Origin: Nemertoderma westbladi
Lineage: Eukaryota > Animalia > Xenacoelomorpha
Reading direction: 5' to 3'
DNA: 37,702 bases
Assembly: GCA_032718475.1 (NCBI GenBank)
Contig: JAUCBJ010006225.1
Coordinates: forward strand, 1 to 37,702
The notes under the pieces are model-generated. The model was given only the letters and a program-made list of their open reading frames with translations. It was not told the DNA's origin and did no database searches. Made by a program: the position numbers and the translations under genes. This document shows, piece by piece, positions 13,029 through 24,059 of this stretch (positions are counted from its first letter, which is position 1; each line of letters opens with the position of its first letter).

Positions 13029-13531
13029 CATGTGAAGTATACCAGACTTTCTGCTGTTATATTTCACTTTGCAGTTACCCCCATGTGAAGAATACCAGGT
13101 TTTCTTCTGTTATATTTCACTTTGCAGTTTACCCCCATGTGAAGTATACCAGACTTTCTGCTGTTATATTTCACTTTGCAGTTACCCCCATGTGAAGTAT
13201 ACCAGACTTTCTGCTGTTATATTTCACTTTGCAGTTACCCCCATGTGAAGTATACCAGACTTTCTGCTGTTATATTTCACTTTGTAGTTACCCCCATGTG
13301 AAGTATACCAGACTTTCTGCTGTTATATTTCACTTTGCAGTTACCCCCATGTGAAGTATACCAGACTTTCTGCTGTTATATTTCACTTTGCAGTTACCCC
13401 CATGTGAAGTATACCAGACTTTCTGCTGTTATATTTCACTTTGCAGTTACCCCCATGTGAAGTATACCAGACTTTCTGCTGTTATATTTCACTTTGTAGT
13501 TTACTCCCATGTGAAGAATACCAGGTTTTCC
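13029..13531. repeat. 53-bp tandem repeat (minisatellite), ~9.5 copies
   Basis: Unit CATGTGAAGTATACCAGACTTTCTGCTGTTATATTTCACTTTGCAGTTACCCC starts at 13029, 13082, 13136, 13189, 13242, 13295, 13348, 13401, 13454 and 13508. Confidence 0.97.
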
Positions 13532-14105
13532 TAAAAACTCAGGTTACAGAAGGGCTGAATCTAACCAAAACAATAAACGAATTAGTATCTATACAGGTTA
13601 TAAGAAGATAGAAATAAGCGCTATAAAATAACTTGTATGGAAAAATTAAAAAATACAAATTCTTCATATATAAAATTCAAATATAAATTTGTGCGAAATG
13701 TAAAAATCTGGTATTCATCATATGGGGTAAAGAGAAAATTATACTTTAGACTAACCGTATCAGTTAGCACGTATTATTCTAATTATTGTAATTATGTAAA
13801 GTACCAACAGTGCATGATTGTGTCTCTATATTTATAGCTATTTCATTATTAATACATTTGTGTATTATGACGGATTATTAAAGGTCTATATGTATTTGTT
13901 ATTTAGGTTTGAGAAAATAAATGTGCTCTGTAATTCTACAATTATTAAATTATTTATTATACTGTACGAATGAAGAAAGATGTAATATATGAAATGTATG
14001 AAAATATTTCAAAAAATTGTTTGGACAATTAATAGCTGCCACCTATTTACTGTATTAAGGTTCGATATCTACGAAACGCAGACAGGTATCCGAATATTCC
14101 ATTCT

Positions 14106-14890
14106 GGGCAATTCCACGGTGTCGGACGTTACGGACATTCTCGATTTTTGAATATTTTTCTTTAAATTTACGAAAATACTTGAATTTTTGACATCATATT
14201 GCGTTAATAAATGAGACAATTTATAAATCTTTCAGAATATCGTAAATACTCTGCATTGGGAAACATTGTTCTTCTTAAACAGTTGACTTTTAAAAAGGTG
14301 TCGGACGTTACAAAAATAGGATACTTTTTATTGTACATACTGTATTTTACTTTTGATTGCAATTAATGCCGAAGATTGGTATATTATTATATTTGGTCCG
14401 ACGTTACGTGTCGGACGTTACATACAAATTAGCAATATTTAGCCACCTCTGCGGCTTTATTTTTCGTCTTTGGAATATACTCTAGATATCATTAGGACCG
14501 CCTTCATATGCAGATTCCGAATCTGAAAACCATTTTAAAGTTTACCAACAATTGCCAAATATATTATCAAAATACTAAGGTGTGAATTTTGAGTCGACAA
14601 TCGCAATTATTGAAACCTATTTTTATTTATTTATGCATTTTACATTATACACTGTAATTTAGACTTTAAATACATTAAATAATAATAGTGTCGGACGTTA
14701 CAAGTGCCGGACATTACTAAACTTCAATTACTGAAATGAAATCACAGCCTTTATGGTAGCCTGGAATGCTGTAAATGGCACAAGAGACGCCATCTTACGT
14801 CGGCATTGAGTCATTTTAATTTAGATATGCTTTGACAAACAATAGAGAAGTAATTGAGAAATAATGTAAAAAAAAAGTGTCGGACGTTAG
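14106..14890 (+). mobile_element. Probable DNA-transposon end with dispersed subterminal GTGTCGGACGTTA motifs
   Basis: Begins GGGCAATTCCAC. GTGTCGGACGTTA occurs at 14119, 14298, 14408, 14688 and 14877, with variants at ~14396 and 14704. No matching opposite TIR was found. Confidence 0.5.
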
Positions 14891-15477
14891 AATTGTAACA
14901 GGTAGTTTTTAATGCTAATTGTATGAGAAGCGTTGTATGTTTATGGCGTAGAACTACCTCATTGGAATGTGCATTTACGGCTGATTACAATGATACCAAG
15001 GATAGCTTATATGGATAAACAGTAAATAAAGTAGTACATACTGTACGTAAGTTAGTAGTAGTACGTACCTTTACTAGGCAGCTAGGCCCTACTGTATTAG
15101 TAGCGGCACCACATTGCTGAGCTGCCGACCCACTGGGAATGCAGAACAGCAGTAGTACCAGAGTACAGTAGTAGTGTAGTGCAGTGTAGTGTAGTGGTAG
15201 TCAGGTAGTAGACGGGTGAATAGATCAAACCTCATAAAAAAGTGTCAGGCTTTGTTTGCTTATCGCACCGTTGCTGATCACTGATACCGATACCTGGTTG
15301 ATACCACAAGACATAAGAGACAGCCTCAACAGATCTGCCACAGCCAATCAAATACTCATCATATGGCAGTATGGCTGTCTAGTCTAAACTAATCTGCCAA
15401 ACAAGAAGGAAAGTTAGGCTGTTGCTGTTGTTACGTAACCTGACAGCATGGTATGGATATAACCAGTGCCAGTGGAG

Positions 15478-17263
15478 CCAGGTTGGAATTCATGCATGAG
15501 CGCGCAGGTACGCTTTGATGTTTCGAGATCACCACACACCTGAAATTGGCTCGTCTGCACACCTCATCATAATCCATACAAAATCGCGTCAGCTCATGCC
15601 ATGCATATCTCAAAAAATCGCGCAGCTCATAAGAACAATTTTACACTGGCTTAGGGCCTATATATAATTGAGTCACACTTAATACATTGTTACTTTCTGA
15701 CTTTACCTGTTTGTTTACTAACGTAACATATTATATAACAATAGGCAGATAGGCGTAGTCGCAGAGAGTACCGGTAGTTAAAATAAATTGATACATTTTA
15801 AACTCCCGTATTCTGGTAAAAGAAATGGTAGAGAGAGACATTTGGGGAATTTCCGGTATCAGGGTATGGGGGGCACTGAAACACTAAAAAACGCATGTGT
15901 CTAAAACCTTGTCTGGTGGGAAAACACTCAAAAACACGCAAAAATTTTTCTCATATTCATTTCTACATTGTTTATATATGAAAAGACTCTGATATTTTTC
16001 TAAAATTTCCCAGTCTCCTCTGGGAAATAGCAGGAAAAAAGACGGGAAAAATTTTCCCAAAAATTGTAAAGATTTTAGATAAACATAGTTTTATCAATCA
16101 ATATTTCTGTATTTTTATTATACAAATACAAAGCGCTTCCGCACAATTACAAAGCAGGCAAATTAATTTCACCATTTGTTTGAGGGAAAGGACAGAAGGA
16201 GCAGGTTACATAGGCAGGATTTTCTAACCAAAACAATAAACGGCCACTTTACCTATTGTGGGAAAGGAGCAGGTTGCAGAGGCGGGTTTTTCTAACCAAA
16301 ACTATAAACGACCACTTCACCAAACCCCAAAACAATAAAGATCCGTAATTTATAACAATAAAGAGCCACTTTACCAATTGAGGGAAAGGAGCAGGTTAAA
16401 CTGTTACAGAGGCGGGCTTTTCTAACCAAAACAATGAACGGCCATTTTACCTATTGTGGGAAAGGAGCAGGTTGCAGAGGCGGGTTTTTCTAACCAAAAC
16501 AATAAACGATCACTTCACCAAACCCCAAAACAATAAAGATCCGCAATTTATAACAATAAAGAGCCACTTTACCAATTCAGGGAAAGGAGCAGGTTAAACT
16601 GTTACAGAGGCGGGCTTTTCTAACCAAAACAATAAACATCACTTTACTAATTGAGGGAAACCATACTGCCATATGGTCAGACAGTCGGTAGATTAGATAG
16701 TCGGTAAATGTTAATGAAAAAAATTGTAAAAACTGAAAAAGCGTTTCATAAAATAAGCGGTATATATATAAATATAATGTGTTTTAAGGGACGGTCCCCA
16801 AAGTAACAATACCCGCAGTAGTTGGGTGTATAGTTATTACAGTACTGACCGGCCGGTACTGCAGCCAACATGAGGCTGTCAGTCTGTGGTCTGAGACTAC
16901 CACTACATCTAATGGAAGCTGTTGTCAGGTTGTGTTTATAATACATGAATACACCTGTACACCAATCTGCCAATACTGGTGAACCAGTAAAATAAATAAC
17001 AGTTGACAGTAATACTGCAGTTGTTAAAAATTCATTGCCACTGAAACCGGAAAGAGCCGACATTTGACTTTTTGGATAATGAAAAATAAACGCGAGCGAA
17101 GCGAGTGAAATTTTGTTGTGTATTTTCGTGATTTCAATTAATTAGTGGTGCGCATCAGAGCTGTGCGCCGCTGCGTACCTGTCTCACCCAAACGCGCAAC
17201 GCGCATCTGGTTCGCGGTCATTCGCGCAGGTACGCAGGTTTTGCAGCATTAATTCCAACCTGG
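15478..17263. mobile_element. Non-autonomous TIR DNA transposon (1786 bp) with 8-bp target-site duplication
   Basis: Left TIR CCAGGTTGGAATTCATGC (15478) and right TIR GCATTAATTCCAACCTGG (ends 17263) match at 17/18. CAGTGGAG flanks both sides (15470-15477, 17264-17271). CGCGCAGGTACGC occurs near both ends. No transposase ORF. Confidence 0.85.
16180..16660 (+). repeat. Complex tandem repeat (~60-70 bp modules, 198-bp higher-order duplication)
   Basis: GGAAAGGAGCAGGTT..AGAGGCGGG.TTTTCTAACCAAAACAATAAAC recurs ~5 times. The block starting at 16263 is duplicated at 16461. Confidence 0.9.
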
Positions 17264-19218
17264 CAGTGGAGCAGTCGTTATACAGACTTTATAACGACTA
17301 GCTTAGCTAGTACAGTACGCAAGTACACTTTAATGGCGGTCACGTTAACTGATGTTAGGGCAAGCCAATGAATACCATTGTTTGTCGTAGTGGTACTAAG
17401 GCGGTTTCCTCAAAGTAGTTGGTGGCTTCCACAAAGTGATAGGCAGCCCGCAGCACTCAGCTGGTCATAGTAATTTACCTTAAAGTCTTAGGTTGAGCTA
17501 ATAGATTGGCTTGTTATTATGGTTGTGTCAAGATCCAGCCAGATTTATTAATATTGACTGCGTTGTAGTGAGTTTTAAGTTTATAATAATATTTAAGGAA
17601 TGGATGAATGAAGTGATGAATGACGGTTATTGAAAATAAGATATAATTGGTTGTATCAAACACATATATCATTGTATTATACTATAGGCCTACTATTTTA
17701 AAACATGTACAATACAAGTGAAGTAATATATTACGGATTATTTAAAATATAATTAATCTAGTGTTAACGTGTGGGGCTGTCTAAAAAAAATAAACGGCAC
17801 TCAGTAAAATGGGGTTAAAAGGTCGGGCATGATGATAACACAGAGCGAAATGAAATAAAAAAAAACAAATTAAAATTAAAATTAAATTAATTCATTAAAT
17901 ATTCATTCATTAAATAAAATTTTATTTAAAACAAACATTTTAAATTAAAAAAAGTATAAAAACTATTTAATAAAACTAATTACTTATTTTTTTATTAGAG
18001 GAACCAGTTGTAAAACCATTCACCCCTATAGATTGTTTTTATTATAATATTGTCTATTTGGTCTACCACGAGCCGTTTTTTTTTTATTTCTGTTTTATTT
18101 TGAAGTGTTTACGTATCGAGGTCAATTTTTTACATTTTAAACTTGAATTATGTATAGCCTATTTGCAGTACAATTCCTATTGTTTATGTGTAGCCTATTT
18201 ACAGCAACAATTTTAATAGAGTGTAATGATATTAATAATAATTTTAAAATAATCCCGGCTTTTAATTCGACAAAATTAGATATCATTTTTAAAAATCTTC
18301 CAGTTTAGTTCTACGAAACATTTTGGACAGTGCCATTCTTCTTTCTTCTATCAGGGTTGGTGTATATGCGTCTCTATATTTGCCGACGCAGGCGGGGTGC
18401 ACCAATGATCGAAATATATTTTAAAACAAATCGGTATCGCAGGAGTATCATAGATTACGGGATTAAACTGTAATAAAGTTAAATATAGATGAAGGTTGAC
18501 GGGAGGGCGGAGCCATTAGTGGAACAAGTGAGCTACGATTGGATGATTAATTACTGTTTTCCTATTGGCTGTGGCAGATCTGTTAGGGCTGTCACTAATG
18601 TTTTCAGGTTGATACCATATTTTTATAGTACTGTAGTAGTAGCAGGCCTACCATTGCCATTGCGGTAGACAGGTAAACGGAGTCAGATAGCTGGATAATG
18701 TATACCCTGATACATGTATATACCGCTGTACGGTACCGTATATTACCGGTCCTGTATTATTAGATTACTTACTGCCACTTTTTCTGCTATTGGGGGAGGG
18801 GCAAATATTTTCTTTGTTAAAAATCAATCATTTTGCCGAATTTCCTATACAGCACAGCTATATTGGCTAGGCGGCATGGCGGCTAGGCCTATAAGCTTAA
18901 GTTAGTCCTACTAAACTTGAACTTAGTCAGTTCCAGTTGTAAATTTTATTGTGATCGGTCAAAATCCGAAGTCAGTGAAACCCCTACGTATCGATCAACA
19001 TTATTCAGTTCTTATCTTCACTAGGAGGCTAGGTCTATAAAAAACCTACCGGTGTGGAGCATGGAAAATGAAAATATCAAAACTTTCGGCACATACTTTC
19101 GGCTGGGCTATACTCCATAGACCCCCATATACAGTAGTCTGTCAGTCTGTTGTATAACAACATTGGAATATCCATATATTTAATGTTGCGGATTGACGTC
19201 GAGCGTGGCGTGAGCATA

Positions 19219-19540
19219 TTATATGTTGAGCCTCCAGGGGGCTGGGCTGGGCTGGGGTTGTTTATATATTGTATAAATTATTTATCCTGCTTAAATTACT
19301 TAATAATAATTCAATATTTTAATACTACTTTAACTATAATTACGCGTTCTGCCCATAGTCGTTTTATTTGTAAATTTACTTTGAAGTTTATTTAATTTTT
19401 TTTTTTAATGTTTAATATATTCCCATGAAGTTACCCGAAACGGGCGAAATGCGCATACGGACATAAACTCTTTTATTTATATACGTGACAAGACCCTCAC
19501 CCCAGTTCTTCCTCCAGCCCCCTGGAGGCTCAGCATATAA
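19219..19540. mobile_element. MITE-like element bounded by 27-bp inverted repeats
   Basis: TTATATGTTGAGCCTCCAGGGGGCTGG (19219-19245) versus CCAGCCCCCTGGAGGCTCAGCATATAA (19514-19540), 1 mismatch. The interior is AT-rich; the TSD is ambiguous. Confidence 0.6.
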
Positions 19541-19668
19541 CATTGGAATAGGTCTATAATAATAAATATTTTGCATGTTTCAAGTTGGACTTGTTGTTTG
19601 TCGTATTATTGTTTAATTGTTTGATTTTACAGTTTTAGTGTAGGGCAGGCCTACCCCCATTTGGAAAT

Positions 19669-21123
19669 ATGTCTTATAATAGCCAGGGAACTTTCCTCAA
19701 TCCTTATTTTCTTTCTGAGCTTCTATCGAAAGAAGAAAACTCTCTGCCAGTTTTTGAGCCAGTAAACAGTGGTAATGGTGAACCACCACATAACAGTGGG
19801 CATAACAATTTAGAGATCATCAATAAAGATGGCGATGTAACAACCATAATCAAAGCTGAGGAAATGCCTATTACAGGTATGGCTACCCTTGGATAAACAT
19901 TTACTAATATAGAGGAAGATACAAGTAGTGGAGTAGAGGTTGTTAACAACACTAAAAGTGAAATGCTATCAAACTATAATAATTTAAAGACGCGCATAGG
20001 GTCTTCCCATAAAGGTACGAGATATAATTGCGATGACTGTGGTAAAAAGTTCAAAGAAAAAACAAAACTAAAAGTGCACATCGAATCAATTCATAAAGGT
20101 ATCCGATATACTTGTGATGACTGCGGTAAACTGTTCACTCAAAAAGGAAGACTCAAGGCGCACATAGATTCATATCATAATGGTATCGGATTCAGTTGCG
20201 ATGACTGCGGTAAACTGTTCACTCAAAAAGGAAGACTTAAAGCACACATTGAATCAATTCATAAGGGTATCCGATATAGTTGCGATGACTGTGGTAAAAT
20301 GTTTTCAAGACGTGACTATCTAAAGTTGCACATCGAGTCAGCCCATAAAGGTATCCGATATACTTGTGATGACTGTGGTCAAATGTTTACAGATAAAAGT
20401 TACCGAAAGTATCACATAGAATCAGCTCATAAAGGTATTCGACATAATTGCAGTGACTGCGGGAATATGTTTAAAGATAAAGGGTCTCTTAAGACGCATA
20501 TAGAATCAGCTCATAAAGGTATCAGATATAATTGTGACGAATGCGGTAAAATGTTCTCGAGAAATGTAAATCTAAATTCACATATTGAATCAGCCCATAT
20601 AGGTACGAGGTATAATTGCTATGACTGTGGTAAAATGTTCACCCTAAAAAAACACCTTAAAACTCACATAGAATCAGTCCATAAAGGTATCAGATACAAG
20701 TGTGGTGACTGCAATAACAAAGTGTTTAAAGATAAAGGCGGTCTAAACAGACACATAAATTTATACCATAAAGGAATCACATATAAATGTAATGACTGCA
20801 GTAAAGTATTCACCTCAAGACAACACCTAAATGCCCACGTAGGATCAGCTCATAAAGGTATTCGATATTATTGCGATGATTGTGATAAACTATTCACCGA
20901 CAAAAGTTCTCTAAAGAATCACATACAAATAGCACATAAAGGTATCCGATATAAGTGCGATGACTGCCGTAAAATGTTCACCACAAAACACCACCTAAAG
21001 ACGCACATTGAGTCAGCACATAAAGGTATCCGATATAAGTGCGATGACTGTGGTAAAATATTCACAAATAAAAGCTATCTGAGTAAACACCTTAAATCTG
21101 TCCATCAACCTTCCAGGACATAA
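19669..21123 (+). CDS. C2H2 zinc-finger protein, 13 tandem fingers; predicted exons 19669-19876 and 19913-21123 (472 aa)
   Basis: Thirteen C-x2-C-x12/13-H-x4-H units with HKGIRY linkers lie in ORF 19963-21123. Upstream ORF 19669-19896 is in the same frame, separated by one TAA that falls inside a 36-nt GT-AG intron candidate. Confidence 0.85.
19877..19912 (+). other. Predicted 36-nt spliceosomal intron
   Basis: CAG|GTATGG donor, TACTAAT branch-point-like motif and TAG| acceptor. The length is a multiple of 3 and splicing removes the in-frame TAA (19894-19896). Confidence 0.65.
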
Positions 21124-22369
21124 ATCATTGTGATTTGCTGTTTACTTTTCTGCCATTTATACATTTATAATACTGGGATTCGGGTTATCGGACAGCCTAA
21201 TAGCGAGGGGGCATTTCCAGGCAGACTGTACCCTGGCATGGTCGGTTCTCGGTTGCACTGCTTTAAGGGCAGTTTGGCACCGGGACGCCGGCGGTGGTGA
21301 GATGTCACCACCTACCTCCAGATCAAGTCATCAAAGAGCAAATTGAATGAAAATTTGCTACTTGAAGGGTAAATTCTTCTAATAGAGGCAAAAGGAGCAT
21401 GATTTAAAACTTGGTTATATGTTTTCTAGTAGCTGTATTGATAGATAAATCGAATGAATTGTTAGGGACTATCGTTTTCATAAAGATTAAATTTACAATT
21501 ATTATTTTTGTTATGTATTAAATAATTATATTTATCAATAATTTATCTAAACTGTAATTCAATCGGTACGACAATCGGTACAACAATTTACACAAATGCA
21601 ATACAATTATTTTATAATAGGATTACAATAAAATTAGTCTCAACCAATTACCAATGAATTAAAGTTAGGTTTATTGAATGTTTTTGAGAATCTTTACAAT
21701 ATGTTGTTACCATAATAATATTATTCACGTCTTGTATAAACAACAAGTCTTCTTCGCGTTATACTTGTTTACAGTTGTCATAGAAAACTTAATAAATCTT
21801 AATAAATGTTGTTTAGTTATATGTATTTTTTACTAGTTTGAGAATAAATTCTATAGGAGTCTTTAATTTTTGGTATTATCTCGATTATTAATTTATTAAC
21901 ACAATCTAAATAATAATTGGCGCCTCAATATCATCTTTTTTTATACTTATCTTCCAGTCAATGGCACAAAATGACCGCAAGAACATTATTTGCCAATTTT
22001 ATTACCAAGATATTACCACATCCCTTACAGTATCAGCCTTGCAGTCTTTATCAACCGCCGTTTGGTAATATACTACCTGGTTGACTGCTGCTTCTATGTT
22101 CTTGTACGTGAATCCAACGTCTTCGTCTGGCGGGCATCATGTGTGAGGTAATCAGTTAGTTAGATCCTTAGTACAAAATTCCAAATCCCAAATTCCGTAG
22201 AGTTCCAAATCGAAAACTCCTTACAGTTCCAAATCTCAGATTCCGTAGTTCAAATACAATAATTAATGCCGATATTGATATTACTCCATGAGATAGCCTT
22301 AACTCTGAATTATGGAACCCCTGGCAATCAGTAATCACACTTTTAATATTGAAAGCAAGTTAAAAATAT

Positions 22370-22505
22370 TTACTGGAAATATTTTTAACTTGCGATATTT
22401 TTACTCTCGAGGTTTTTCAGCGCTCAAATATTTTGCTCGCGCTTTTATTTTTTCCATAGCGCGATATTTTTACTCTCGATATTATTTACTTGCGATCTAT
22501 TTTAC
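22370..22505. repeat. Short degenerate repeats (GCGATATTTTTACTC-like)
   Basis: The motif recurs ~4-5 times and resembles subterminal repeats of a decayed transposon. Confidence 0.4.
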
Positions 22506-23104
22506 AAGACGGGACATTTATTTACAATATCGTCAATCAAGACAGAAGGCAATGCAATATTTGATAGTTATTCCCCATTAATGAGCGGGTTAAATATCAT
22601 TTATAATAGTGGGCTACCTAAAAAATATCACTTTTTGCCCACGGGAAAATATCAGTGATATTCCCGCGTTGCTATGCAACTGCCTATTATCCTAGGCCTA
22701 GCTCTATTAGCAAATCAGATTGTCAGAACCTACCGGTACCACAACACATTTTTGTATCATTATCCATTGTCTGAAATTGAAAGCACCAGACCGGTACGGT
22801 ACCCAGCCTGTAGCCAGGCAGTGGGCTGACCAAGCCGCTTGGCATGGTATAGGCGTAGTTGGTAGGTAGGCCGCACTGTACATACTGTATTTCGTGCTCT
22901 GTTCTGTCTTTATGTTTAATACGTAAGTTGGACGCGCAGTATGGAAATGAATATTGATGTTTTATTTGAATAATAATAATAAAGCTGGCTTTAAATAAAA
23001 CTTGTTTTTTAACTACAGTAAAATATTGATTACGGTAGTAACACCGAAACAGTCTTTATATATAGGCCTAACGGAGATTTATGCGAAACCGGAATGCAAA
23101 TTTC

Positions 23105-23200
23105 CCTGGCCACATTCCCGGACTCGAACCCACGTCATCTGGAGTCGGGGACCCGAGGTCAAGGCTCCGATATAATTAAAGGGTTAAACCACTACACAAT
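23105..23200 (-). pseudogene. tRNA-derived sequence (SINE head or tRNA pseudogene)
   Basis: The minus strand has A-box-like GTGTAGTGGTT, a GACTCCAGAT segment resembling the tRNA-Trp anticodon arm and B-box GGTTCGAGTCC. The cloverleaf is not intact. Confidence 0.4.
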
Positions 23201-23928
23201 TAATTCCCTTGATATTAATACAGTATGTCTACTATAAATGGTCCCGCATGCACCAGTATGAAGTCCTAATAATAATTTATTTTTTTCTGTATTCTGTATA
23301 AAGTAGGCCCTAAAGTGTTTATCTCACGCAGGGGTCAAGTGCAGGCATTCACAGAACGAGCATAGCGAGTTAGTGAATGTTCTCGAATGTCTCCTGAATG
23401 AGCTCAAATCTCTGTGAAACTGCGTCCTATCGAAGAACAATAACACCGATGTTAGTCTTTATATCATGAAACTTTTATATAACCCGTGAATGTATATTTT
23501 GATTCAGTTTACAAAAGGTTTTAGAAAATTAGTAGACCTATCAGTGGTCCAAAGTTAGGCTACGTACTGTACTGCATTTTTTTTTCACTTTAAAGGTTCT
23601 TGCTGCATGATGTGTTATACAGTAAATATGGATCTGGCGGGCCTATAGTTTATTAGAACATACTTTTTTCACCAAAATAAAAGAATACATTTATCGAAAA
23701 TATAGGAGGATGCGGGCAAATGTTAACCCTATGAAATTTGCCGGAATCTACTGTACTTATACAGTATTTAGTTATGCATTATTTAATCATTCTGAATGCA
23801 CAAATACAATTTAATGATTTAATATATATTGATATATATTTAATCCCCCCAAAATACCAAGCCCCATTTACTTCACTTGCCCCCAAACAAAACCCTTTTA
23901 GAATTGTTAATAATGTGGAATAACACAT

Positions 23929-24059
23929 TTATTGCCCGGTTATCAAGTTATTTTCCCTAATATTTTACCCTCGGGCAGGAAACCCTCGGGCTGCGCCCTC
24001 GGGTTATTCCTGCCCTCGGGTAAAATATACGGGAAAATAACTTGATAACCGTGCAATAA
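23929..24059. mobile_element. Palindromic 131-bp MITE-like hairpin element
   Basis: TTATTGCCCGGTTATCAAGTTATTTTCCCTAATATTTTACCCTCGGGCAGGAA pairs with the reverse complement of TTCCTGCCCTCGGGTAAAATATACGGGAAAATAACTTGATAACCGTGCAATAA. The centre is CCCTCGGGCTGCGCCCTCGGG. Confidence 0.75.

Noticed and set aside
13029-13531. CRISPR-like array
   Set aside because: Head-to-tail identical units with no spacers.
19894-19896. Stop-codon readthrough or alternative genetic code in the zinc-finger gene
   Set aside because: TAA terminates the other genes normally, and a 36-nt GT-AG intron explains the stop more simply.
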